64,000 bases of DNA, from assembly GCA_025594325.1 (NCBI GenBank), contig JANHCV010000001.1:62001-126000 (forward strand), given 5' to 3'. The translations under genes were made by a program, and so were the position numbers. Shown one piece after another: positions 1 to 10,900 of the stretch. This stretch comes from Blastocladiella emersonii ATCC 22665 (taxonomy: Eukaryota; Fungi; Blastocladiomycota). The stretch's first letter is position 1; each line of letters starts with the position of its first letter. Under the pieces are notes generated by a model, which had not been told where the DNA came from, did not search any database, and was given only the letters and a program-made list of their open reading frames with translations.

Positions 1-473
1 GCCTCCCTGCCTCCCTACTTGCATTGAGTGCCATGCATATGGCAAGACACCCCTTCTCCATTCCCCGCTACCCCATGCCACTCAACAACACCTGCATTCT
101 CATCCATACATACACCCCTTGCCACCCACCCAGGTCCTGCTTGCTACACAACCAAGCAAGGCTTGACCCATGTAAAACGCATGCGCGCGCGCGCGCTTCT
201 GCCTGCCACCAAGCACGCCCCCATTGTGGCAAATTGTGCATAGCACACAGAAAGAAAAAAAAAAAAGGTAGGTGCGAAAAGAGAATGAGGGAAGAGAATA
301 ATGATAGGACACATAAAAGACAAGAGAATACCAGGACAAGAACTAACTAAGAGAGAGAGAAAACAAACACAAGAAATATACAACAAAGTGAACAGAAGGG
401 CTTGTGAATGACAACTGAGAGAGAGGGAGAGAAAGCAAAGAAACAAAACGAAAAGAAAAAGAACAAATGAGGG

Positions 474-475
<2 letters not shown>

Positions 476-516
<41 letters not shown>
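476..516. repeat. (TA)n microsatellite in a purine-rich low-complexity tract
   Basis: Uninterrupted TA dinucleotide run, flanked by GA/A-rich simple sequence (~250-660). Confidence 0.95.
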
Positions 517-519
<3 letters not shown>

Positions 520-1741
520 AACAGCAAGAGAAGCAAAGGATGACAAGAAAGAAAACCATGAGTGAGTTACAAACAACCAGAGAATGGAAATGGAAATGCG
601 AAGAAGATGAAGAAAAAAGAAAATGAAGGGAGAGGGAGAGAGAGAAAAATAGAAAAAGCTAGTCTTGGATGCTTAAATGTTAGGGAAATGTAAAAGGAGA
701 AGCCCTCGCGGACCCCGCACTGCTGCTGCAATCCGAACCACTGGGACAGGTGTGAACTCTGCACCCCCAGTCAGCATCATGCACACAGGCCAGGCAGGTC
801 ATCATCAACTTTGTCCGCTCCACTCACTCACCACACACTGTCTGTGCATTTGACCCAAGCAAAGGCCTTGGGTGAGCCACTCACTCAACCTTCCACATAA
901 CTGACTGTCCTTGTGGTGTTGCTATTCACACAACATACCCAAGCATGCAAAGTGCCCAACGTGATGAACGTGCCCAATGCGCCAACGCACTGTTTTCTCT
1001 TACACTCTCTTCCCTTCCTCACTCCCACGCCCACACTGCCCACACTGCCCACACTGCCCCCACATTGTCAATCTGAAGCCCCGCCCCCCTGGTGCATGCA
1101 TTACACGTCATGTGGCACAGGTGTACAACAATTGGCCCCTGACAACGTTCCAGTGGATGGTGCGTGATTGAAACGCACGTCACTGCCATAGAGGAGGACA
1201 TGACAGTGGGCGCCTGCTGGCACTATAGCAGCTGCCCCCTCTCCCTGCCAACCAACCCACTCTCATGTTCCTGTCATGGGATGGATGCACCAATGCAGGC
1301 CATTGTGAATGGCCTGCCTGGTGGTTGGTTTACATGAGCTGAGAATGGGGCCTCATTGGGCAAGCATGGGTTAGGGCTGCCTCAAGAGGTGGCGGCTCTT
1401 CTCAATTGGACAAGACATGGGGTTTGATTTGGCCATGCGCTGTCCAATGCAGACAAAACAAAGGCCCCCTGCATACCCTGCATATCTGCAGATATTGCAT
1501 GCGTTAGGTGTTTTGCTTGAAGAAGGTGTTGCTGCTGCCTGTCCCCACCACCACCCCCTTCTGGCTTGTAGGATGCTGCTGGTTCCTAGCTTTGATGTTG
1601 TTTCTTTCTTTGTCTTTGTCTTTTTCTTTTTCTTTTTCTTTGTCTTTCTTTGTCTCTTATTTCTCTTTATATTTCAATTGTTGGGCCCCTCCCACAAGTG
1701 ATCAAAGTAAACGTTGCACAACAGTTGGCGCTAGGATCTGC

Positions 1742-1813
1742 AGCGTCTTGGCGCAGAGGAAGCGCGCAGGGCTCATAACCCTGAGGTCGTAGGATCGAAA
1801 CCTACAGACGCTA
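1742..1813 (+). tRNA. Initiator tRNA-Met (anticodon CAT)
   Basis: 72 nt AGCGTCTTGGCGCAGAGGAAGCGCGCAGGGCTCATAACCCTGAGGTCGTAGGATCGAAACCTACAGACGCTA. It has an A1:U72 pair, AGCGTCT/AGACGCT acceptor stem, GGG/CCC anticodon stem with CAT, and a GATCGAAA T-loop (A54/A60), all hallmarks of eukaryotic initiator tRNA. T4 tracts lie downstream. Confidence 0.95.
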
Positions 1814-2139
1814 GCTGTTGCAACTCTCCTTTTGCTTTTGCGTCGCTCCGCCGCCATTTTGTAGCAGGGAGGGAAGGAGGGGGGGGGGTAGGCTGCAAGC
1901 GCTTGGTTGGGCAGGCAGACGTGCAAGACTTGGCCAATCCAAGATGCGTTCATGGTGAGCAAAGTAAGCCAACTGATCCTCTCTCATTCCCTTGGGGGGT
2001 GTATGTATGTATTTATCTATCTGGCTATCTATGTGATGTGATGTGATGACGACGTATCACTGTAGGTGAGAGATTTGAAAGCTTTCCAAGGAAGCGTGTA
2101 GTTGACTTAGAGTTGCCGCGCTCCCAGTATTGTGGACGC

Positions 2140-2390
2140 GATACCTGATACGGGAAAAGTTTTTTGGGCATGATACGATATTTGGCCCAGATTTTGCGTT
2201 CCTGGTGATACGAATACTGGGGACTTTTTTGCTACAAATCGCGATATTTCGGGCTCTGATACCAAAACTTGCGCGTTTTGGACCTGCCCGATACCAATAC
2301 CTGCACGTACAAAATCCGGGAGATACCGATACCTACAGACGAAAAGGTTGGTGATACCGATTCTTAAACTGTGGGGGATCAGGATATCAG
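2140..2390. repeat. hAT left subterminal GATAC(C/G) motif cluster
   Basis: Many GATACC/GATACG/AATACC copies directly inside the left TIR. Confidence 0.8.
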
Positions 2391-2473
2391 TTGAAGCTAA
2401 GTATGGCAAGGAGACAAGTAGAAATTACTAAACTAAGACTAGGATTGGAATGAACAACGTAAAGAATAATCGA

Positions 2474-5400
2474 CTAGTTTCTCACAACAGCCGCAGCAGC
2501 TTCCTGGGCCTTGGTCAACGCGTTGGCAGCGGCGACCTTGTCCTGGAGCTCGAGCTTATTCAAGATCAGAGCGCGGAACATCTCAGGGCCAAGACGCGAA
2601 CGATTGTGTCGAAGCACGGCCCAACAGATGGAAAAAAGTCGCTCCACTCCAGTGGTTGTAGTTGGCACAGGAAGGAGATTGAGAGCAACGCGAGAAAGCT
2701 CTGGAAAGCGGTGCTCGTGATCCTTCCACCACTTGATTGGATCTTGCATGCGGAAGTCTCTTTTGTTTGCCATGTTGCAGTAGGCAATGTAGGCGTCGTT
2801 TTCGTCTGTTCCTGCAACCGGAGCGTCATCGTCGTAATCAAAATCGGGATCAAAGTCCTGCTCGATCCCCAGCGGAGCGACAACAGGCGTGATGGGGACA
2901 ATCCCATTGCTAACGCGAGCACGCATCTCGCTAAGTGGAGCATGCACGAATTTCGCGTAGTCAACATTAGCAAGACCCTGCTCGCGGTATTTTTTCATGG
3001 TTATCAAGCCTTGTCCAAAAGGGCTGAGCCACTGGGCGACATTAAAAACATCAGGAAGTCGCGCGTAGTGCTTGTTGAGAAGACCGTAAGCAGCGATCGC
3101 AGTAATAGCCACAATCACCTTTGGCGGCTGAAGACGCAATGTGAGCTGCTCGGTAATGCGAGGGCATGGACCAGGAGCGGTGTGGAGCGTCTTTTTCGAT
3201 GCCGCCTCCTTCTCGTCCTTAAGTTTACGAGCAGAACAGTGCGCGTCGGTTGCGCCCATTGGGACAACGTTGACTCCACTTGAGAGAGCCAAGGCGGCAT
3301 CCCGCTTTCTTGCAGCACTGCGAGTCACAGCGCTATCACGCAAGGGAGTCACAGGCGCAAGCTCCTCTAGGGGCTCCAAGTCAGATTCGTTGTCATTGCG
3401 CAAAGCCTCCTGATCACAAGCATCCTCGGGGGCAATATCCTTGGAGTCTGAATCAGCATCAAAGAGGTACTCAATTGCATCGTCCGACATGAGAAGGTTC
3501 ATGCTGTAGTCCTCGGGCGTGGAAGCAACGCCAAGTGCAGCAAGAATAACTTTCTCAAAGTGATTAAAGTCTGCAGGGTGGACATGCTGTCGCACGTGGT
3601 CCTTGAAAGCAGTGAAGATCTTTTCATAAGTGAAGATTCCATGTGGAAGGGTCCAGGAGTGACGCCCTCGTTTAGTTTCGCTGTGACGCCGTAGATTGAA
3701 CCAAGCAGGGCTGAGATCTCTGTGATGATCCCCCAGTCCTTCTCTTCAAGGTTGAGCTCCGGGTAGCAGTGCTTGGCATAGACGTCATCAATGGCACCGC
3801 GAAGCTGCAGAAGGCCAAGAAGCGAGTTATGAGTGCTGAACCAACGAGTCTGGACGTCCTTGACAACGCATAAGGTCTTCAAACCGTGAGCTTTAGCCGC
3901 CTCAGCAAGGTTCTTGCGGTAAGCAGACTGATTGTAAAGCACGCAAATGAGAGGCTTGAACTTGGGGCACACATGGTGCAAGATGCCAATGATCCGCTGC
4001 ACGGCGCGGTTGATACTGTGCTGGATGCAAAACACAAGCACAATGTGCCCGCCGCCATGCTGCTGCTGAAGAACCCGGAGAGCCGCCTTGTTGGCAGAAG
4101 CATTGTTGGCCGCAATGGCGAAGACCCAGGAGATGTCAATCTTGTAATCTTGGAGCAAGTCGACAATGACCTGGGCAATACCCTCGCCATCCTTGGCATC
4201 GGTTGGCACGAGATCCAAGAGGAGCCTGTAGCGTTGACAAACACTGTCAATCGTGATCATGAAGGAAACGCGGACACCTGGAGACGAAAGTGGTAACCGT
4301 TAGCATCGATGCATGTTCTGTTGGTAGGGTTGGGTGTGGGCTGGAGAAATCAGACCAGCTGGTCCGATTTCTCTAGGCGGCCCAAGGAAAATCAGACCGG
4401 CCGGTCCAATTTCTCCAGGTGGCCCAAGGAGCTGCAACACAGGTGAGAAAACGTACCCATGAAGGAGATGCCGTTTGTCGAGGTCCACCCGTCAATCAGG
4501 AGCGTGAGGTCTGAGTCCTACTTGGCGACGAGAGCGCCTTGGCGCTTGTGGACGTGCGCTCCCCCACCGAGAATGTTCTTGGACACAGTCGTGCGGTGTG
4601 GGATCTTGACGCCAGGGCAGATGGTCGCAATGAGCTTGCGGAACAAGACAGAATTGACGACCGAGATGGACTGGTCCTTGCCGCACAGGAACTCACTGAG
4701 CGCGGCGTCAAAAGCACTCTGCGTGACCAACGACACTTGACCTTGCGGCGGGACGCCAAACATGTCGTTCACCTTGTCCTGCGGCGGCACGTCGTCCATG
4801 ACGGCAGACTCAGCGGCAAGGTCCAAGTTGGCTCAAAGGTGTTGATGGTGGTCGTAGAACGGCTTGAGCTTGGGCGAGCTCTTGGCGATCTTGTTGTGGT
4901 GCGTCATCATGTGCTTGCCAATGTTGGACCAGCTGGTCTTGTTTGACATCTTGAAGGAGGCCTTGTTGGGGTTCAGGATGAGGCAGATCTTGCACACGGC
5001 GTGGTCCTCCTTGAACTGGCTGAACGCGTGCTCAATAGAGGAGTTGCGGAAGTCGTGGTCCCCGACTTGAAACCCGGGTTTCAGGTCATGTGACCGCCCA
5101 AAACCGGTTTTCACCGCGCCAGATCGCGGCGACCCGGACCTGAACCTTGAGCTTCCCGCTCGCCTCTCACCCCCCGCACCCCTAATATAACAAGATGGCA
5201 GCTGATGGAGCTCTCGTACTTGGTGAAATGGACCTCAACCTCGAGGACCTAGAAGCTCTCCGCGACCTGCTGGCCATGGCCGCAAGATCCGTTGGGCACG
5301 AGTTGCGGTGGTGGTGGTAGGTGTAGAACAGGTCCTTGAGCGCAGTGCGCGCCTGGGCCTCGGGCGGGGGGTTGATCACCGACTTTTTCACCACCCGCCT

Positions 5401-5666
5401 GCTACCCGCCGTCTTGGTGACCAGGCACAGGGTCGCCGGCCGCGGCGTGGGGTCGCTGGCCGCGGCGTGGGGGCGGCGGCGCTCCCACCACCAGCAGACA
5501 CGGCGTCGTTGTCGCTGAGCAGGATCACGTTGTCGCCGTTGTTGCTGGGCTGCGCGGGGTTCTCGGCCGTGGTGGCGCGATGCCGCTTGCTGCCGCTGGT
5601 GGCAAACGCAGCCATGATTGACGCTGGCCGCTTGGCAGGTGGGGTAGGTCGAGAGTTTCGTGACAT
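2474..5666 (-). pseudogene. hAT transposase, multi-exon, inactivated
   Basis: BED finger (CKIC...HMMTHH), first catalytic motif LIDGWTS, CIQH (CxxH), TRWFST, and C-terminal dimerisation domain DPIKWW...VERLFS. Lesions: TAG at 4518-4520, second Asp read as AANNAS (4105-4107), and a frame change near 3600-3670. Intron 4278-4456 (GTACGT...CAG) splices in frame. The 5' exons are approximate. Confidence 0.9.
4341..4430. repeat. Palindromic repeat in a hAT transposase intron
   Basis: Units like GGAGAAATCAGACCAGCTGGTCCGATTTCTC. An inverted homologue lies at ~12085-12230. Confidence 0.85.
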
Positions 5667-6359
5667 TGCAGTGGTGGTGGTGCAACTAGACCAAATACAA
5701 GTCGATCGTCAAGAGGTTTGAAAGTCAACAGTTGGGCGAGAGGAGAGGTGGACTGCGCAGCGGAGCAGCGGGAGTGGGCGGGCTCGCGGACGGTGGCAGC
5801 CGCGGCCGCTCAATCGCCGAGATGATGTGCATTTTGCTCACGTGGCTCTCACATGATTACGTTGCAAGGCACGTCCCGCATGGCCGTGGCATGTACCAGC
5901 TCGCTCGGCCAACGCATCAAGCGCATCGTTCAGAACAGAACAGCGTGCAGGTGTACGCTAGGGCAGGAAGTCGCTGGTCAGCTCACTGAAGCAGTTGCAG
6001 CCTGCTGCTTGACTGCGCAGTGGTACCTCTCTGCACCCGCGCGCGCTGTGAGAAAGTCGTCACATGGAACGGCAGCGCCGCATCAAGCAAGCGAAGTTGG
6101 ACAGAGGCAAGGGTTGGAGTTGGATCAAAGCTGTGTGGTCACACGGCGCGTGGCGAGCTTGCGCCGCGAGCTTACCCTGGATCGCAAGGGCAGGATCAGC
6201 TTTGCACGATACGAGCAAAGATGCTCGTCCGTCCGCTTTACTACGGCGTGGGTCAGGACGCGGGCGATCAAGCGCAGCGTGAAGCTCGTGGTGCCTGGTT
6301 CGCTGCGCTGTGCAGGACGACGAGGGCATGCAACGACGTCATGAACGTCGCATGCGGAG

Positions 6360-6830
6360 GAGCGAGTACATCGCGATCCGCGGCTGGATGCGAGCGAGCG
6401 TCACAAGGAACGGGTGTAGCGCGATCCGCGGCGAGCGTCACGAGGAACGGGTGTGGCGCGATCCGCGGCGAAGTGTGGGCGTCGCGAAGAACGAGAGCAT
6501 CGCGATCGGCGAGGTGCGGGCGTCGCGACGAACGGAAGCATCGCGATCCGCGGCTGGATGCGAGCGAGCGTCACGAGGAACGGGTGTGGCGCGATCCGCG
6601 GCGAGGTGTGGGCGTCGCGAAGAACGAGAGCATCGCAATCCACGGCGAGGTGCGGGCGAGCGTCGCGAGAAACGAGTGCAGCGTGATCCACGGCGAGACG
6701 CGGGCGTCGTGAAGAACGGTCACAGCGCAATCCACGGCGAGATGCGGGCGTCGCGAAGAACGAGAGCAGCGCGATCCACGGCGAGGTGCGGGCTTTGCGA
6801 AGATTGGTCGCGACGCGATCCGTGGCGGGA
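6360..6830. repeat. ~44-bp degenerate minisatellite (about 10 units)
   Basis: Recurring GCGTCRCGARGAACG-N6-7-GCGATCCRCGGCGAGGTGYGG units. Confidence 0.85.
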
Positions 6831-7910
6831 TGCACCGCGTGTGGCGAATGCGACGTGGTGTGCAGCATGGAGCGGGCGGTGATAGGGACGAGGTCAACGA
6901 GTACTGAGGGGCGAGGTTGGGCGAGCGGCAGGTGAGTGGGCGGCATGTGTGTGGAACGGAGTGGGAGCTGTGTAGCGCGCCATACGCGCCGTGCGGCGAC
7001 AGGCCGAGCGCCGCGCATCGCGCGCGTTACGCCACGAGGAACATTCGCGACTAGGAGTTGGAAACATCGAGGCGTCCGTGTTGCAGCGGGGTGGGGGAGG
7101 CGCGACTTATCGCGCGGCGGAGGACGAGAATGGATGTTGAATGGCGGTGCGTCAGTACAGCGGGTCGCATCGCGAGGAGCGAAGAGCGAGTACAGCGTGG
7201 CAGGCAGCGAAGGGAGGGGTTTAGCGAGGGGCGGGGGAGCTGGCTGGCGCGGAGCGGGTGCGAAGAAAGGGGGATGAGGGAGGCGAGGGGCATGGTGGAT
7301 ACGCTGAAGGGCGGGGAACGAGAGCACGGCGTCATAGAGGGAAGGTTGCAAGGGCAATCACGCGATGCTAGAGGAGACCAAAGTAGCAGTTCGAGGTCAC
7401 GCGCGCGGGTTGCACTGCGAGCGAGCCTTGGCGCCGGTCCGAGTGGGAGCGGCACAAATGTGGCAAGCGGCGCGCCAGGAGACAAGGCCTCGCGGGACGA
7501 GGCGATGGAAGCGCTTGTGTTCAAGTCGCACAGGCGGGCGGCGGCGCAGTGCAGCGAGTTACATGTTCAGATCATCGGAATACATGGCAGGCGGGATCGG
7601 ACAAGAGGAGAGCCGGAGCTGGTCGCGGGAGGCGAGCGCGCGTTGTCCAATCGACTGGGCGTGGGCGTGGGACGCGAGACGAAGATCGCGCGTCGCGGTG
7701 ATATGTGATCCCACGTGCGGGCGAATTCGCCACGTGGCGGCAGGCTTATCGTTTTCGCTCCACGGGGATCAACGGGCCAGGCTGGCGCCGAGCCGCCTGC
7801 CCGCCCTCGCTTGCTTGCCGCCGTGCACACTCTCCCTCCCTCCCTCCCGCCTCTCTTCCGCCCCCGCTCGCGCATCTTGGATCGCTCCCTCCCAGAACGT
7901 GCTCTTGACC

Positions 7911-10900
7911 ATGGCATCGACACCCAACGCACCCGCCAGCCCGTCGGCGGCTTCCTTGGCCTCAACGCCGCCCGCGTTGCCCCGCCCAACGGCTTCCTTG
8001 GCCTCAACGCCGCCGTCGTCGCCGCCGCCGCCCCGTGGCCGCTCTCCCACCCGCGCCTCCTCACTGTCGCCGTCACCTGCACCCCATGCTGCGCGCCCCT
8101 TGCGTAAGCATCCGCCCATTGTCCAGTCTGAATCAGAGTCTTCGGACAGTGATAATGACGTTGACAAGGACGGTGCGCCAAAGATGCCTCCGCCCCCCTC
8201 GCCCACCGACTCGGCGATTGCCTCCTCGCCTGAGCCTCTGCGCGATGGAGCTGTCCGTGTTGGCGCGGGTGAGGTCGCTCTGCCCACCGCTACTGCCCCA
8301 CTAGGGGTGTGTGCGTTGCACACTCTGTCTCAGCAGTAGGCGACTCGGCTGGCTGGCAAATGACTGAACATCAAAGTCGAGTTGACGGGATGTGGTCCGT
8401 CTTGCTTGAGGGAAGCAGTTTTGCTAAGTCGAGCATGCGCCAGTCGCTGTCGCCCTGACCGCTGCTCTTAACAACGAGCTGCCGCCAAAGGAGTGGTCCG
8501 GTTGTGGAGGGCTTGCGGACGAGATCAACGCACTCGAGGTCAAAGATTTCGTTGGGTTGGAGATCGAGGCGACGCGCGTGTTTCGCGGCGGCCATCAAGT
8601 TCCACGCGTCGCGCACCGAGTTCTGCGCCGTGATGAGGACCTGGTCGCTCCAGTCGTTGAGCTGGCCTGGGTGCTGGCCCAGTACGACGTCTGCTCGCCG
8701 CGAGCCGAGGTACTCGATCACGCGCTGCGAGACGATGCAGTTGCGCAGGTCTTGGAGCACGTTGAGGAAGCTCGCGTCGCCCGACTGCCGCATCTGCTGC
8801 ACGTGGAAGAAGACCGAGTCAGAGGCGAGCCACTGATCGCGACCAATGTTGGCGTCAGTTGGAGTTCTGCTGACCGCTGGCCGCTCCTTGCGCTTGGACG
8901 CGCGCTTCTTCTGCTGCTGCTGCTGCTGCTGCTGAGGCTCGCCGTCGACCTGCATCAAGTCGCCATCATGAGCTGCATCCACCTCGGGTTCGGGTGCGCG
9001 TTTGACCGGCTGCTCAGATGGAACCGTGAGTGAGCGGGCCATGACGAGCTCGAACTGGAAAAAGTCGCCAAACGCGAGGACGTGCAGGCCGCCAAACGGA
9101 CGATGGTCGCGGCTCGGGTATAGCGCGTCGAAGCGCAAGTGCATTGCGGCGAACAGCTTGGCGTCGACCATGGAGATCTCGTCGATGAGGACAAACTTGA
9201 CGGGGCGGAACGACGCCTCGAGCTCGGCCTTGGCTTTGTCGCTCATCGGCTTGGTCGCCGAGACGATGGTACCGATACCACACATCAGCGTTGCCACGCT
9301 AGATGGCATTGAGCGTTGACTCGACGTGCTCAACGACGCGGCGCTCCTCAACGTTGAGCCCTTGAAGGTACGGAGCGAGTTGCTCCTGTCGCGCGAGCTG
9401 CACCCGGACGGCTGGCGGTGCGACACCACCGTCTGCTTGAACAAGTTGAGCGCGAGGTGGCTCCGCCAAGCGTTCTGCAGCAAACCGACGGGCATCCTCG
9501 TCGGCCTTTCTGGCCAGATCGGCGTAGTTGGCGAGTTGCGCGAACCATGCCGGATCCGAGTCGACCTTGAGCAGCTGCTGGCAAAGCTCGAGTAGCAGGC
9601 ACGGGCGCGTTCGAGTTTGAGAGCAGTCCGTAGTGTACTGCCGACATGAGGAGCATGGCCGCGTGCTGGTCGTTCTGGGAGATGATCGAGAGGATCTCGT
9701 GCAGGAAAGCGTCTTTGCCGTGAGCTTCTTGCGCGATGCCGACTGGCATGATCTCACCGTCAGCCTCGTCGTCGTTACCCATGCCAGTACCGCCGGCGCG
9801 TCGAAGGTCGACCTGCTTGGGCGTCGCGCTGTTGTCGGCCTCCGAATCGTCGACCAGCTTGCCGGGTGACGTGTCCACGTAGTCGCGGAAGTTGTTGATC
9901 CACCGGAGCCGGTCGCTGCCCTGCTCGAGCGTGCTTTTGAAGAGATCGAGCGTCTGCGACCACGTCTCGCCGCGAGCCGGAGCCACCTTGTTGATGGCGC
10001 GGAACGTCTTGAACAGGATCATGGAGATCATGGCGCGCGACTCGGTGCTGCCGATATCTGACGACTGGCTGACCTGCTTGTTGAGCAGCGGCACGGGAAC
10101 GACCTTGGCCGCGCGCATCGCGACGACGAGCTTGCCGACTGCAGCATGGGTGCCGCGGAACTTGTACCGCGGCTCGGCGTGGCGACCGCGCTTGGCGCGC
10201 GGCATGTTGCCGTTGTCCGCATTGTTGTCGGGCACGGACTGCTGCGAGCGGTTCGTCGTGGGCTTGATGGGCTCCACGCGACAGCACCAGACAAAGTCGT
10301 AGAGCGAGATCGACTTGAGCTCGCTGGGCCGGTGCATGTAGTGGTCGCTGATGGTGACTTTGTCAGTGATTGGGCGGTTCTCGAACGTGATGCGCTCGTC
10401 GTCGTTCTTGTCGTCCTCCTGCTCGAGCTCGCGTTCATTGTCGACTGCCGCGGCGCCATCCTTGCCGACGCGCTGCGCGTCAGTTGTGTTGCCTGATGCG
10501 TCCGAGCCCGCCGCGTTTGTGACCATGCGCAGGAACTGGTAGAGCGGGCCGTGGGCGAAGATGTACGTCGTGGAGACCCACGTCTCCTCGCCCTTGCGGA
10601 TCAGGTCAAGCGCGATCTGCTGCCCGTTGATCTCACGCGACGTGGTCAAGCGGTTGACGAGGCCGCGCAGAATGGAGCTGATGGAGAGCTGGAGCGTAAC
10701 TTCTTGGCGCGCTCAAGGGGGGCGTACGTGCTGTAAGAGTATGGCGGCACCTTGGCGACGTAGTTGGTGATGTGGTACATGACATTTGCGGGGTTGAAGC
10801 CAAGAAGCAGAAAACCAGATCTCAGGCTTCCTTCAGAGCTCCATGTAACGCGAAGAAAATGGACACAGAGCGCTTCAAGAGAAGGATATCTGAGCAAAAA

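Noticed and set aside
5850-6340. Possible tyrosine recombinase or other coding relic in the hAT spacer
   Set aside because: No R-H-R-Y catalytic pattern in any frame; composition is not clearly coding.
6360-6830. CRISPR-like array
   Set aside because: The variable part is only 6-7 nt and recurs between units; eukaryotic context and no cas genes. It is a minisatellite.
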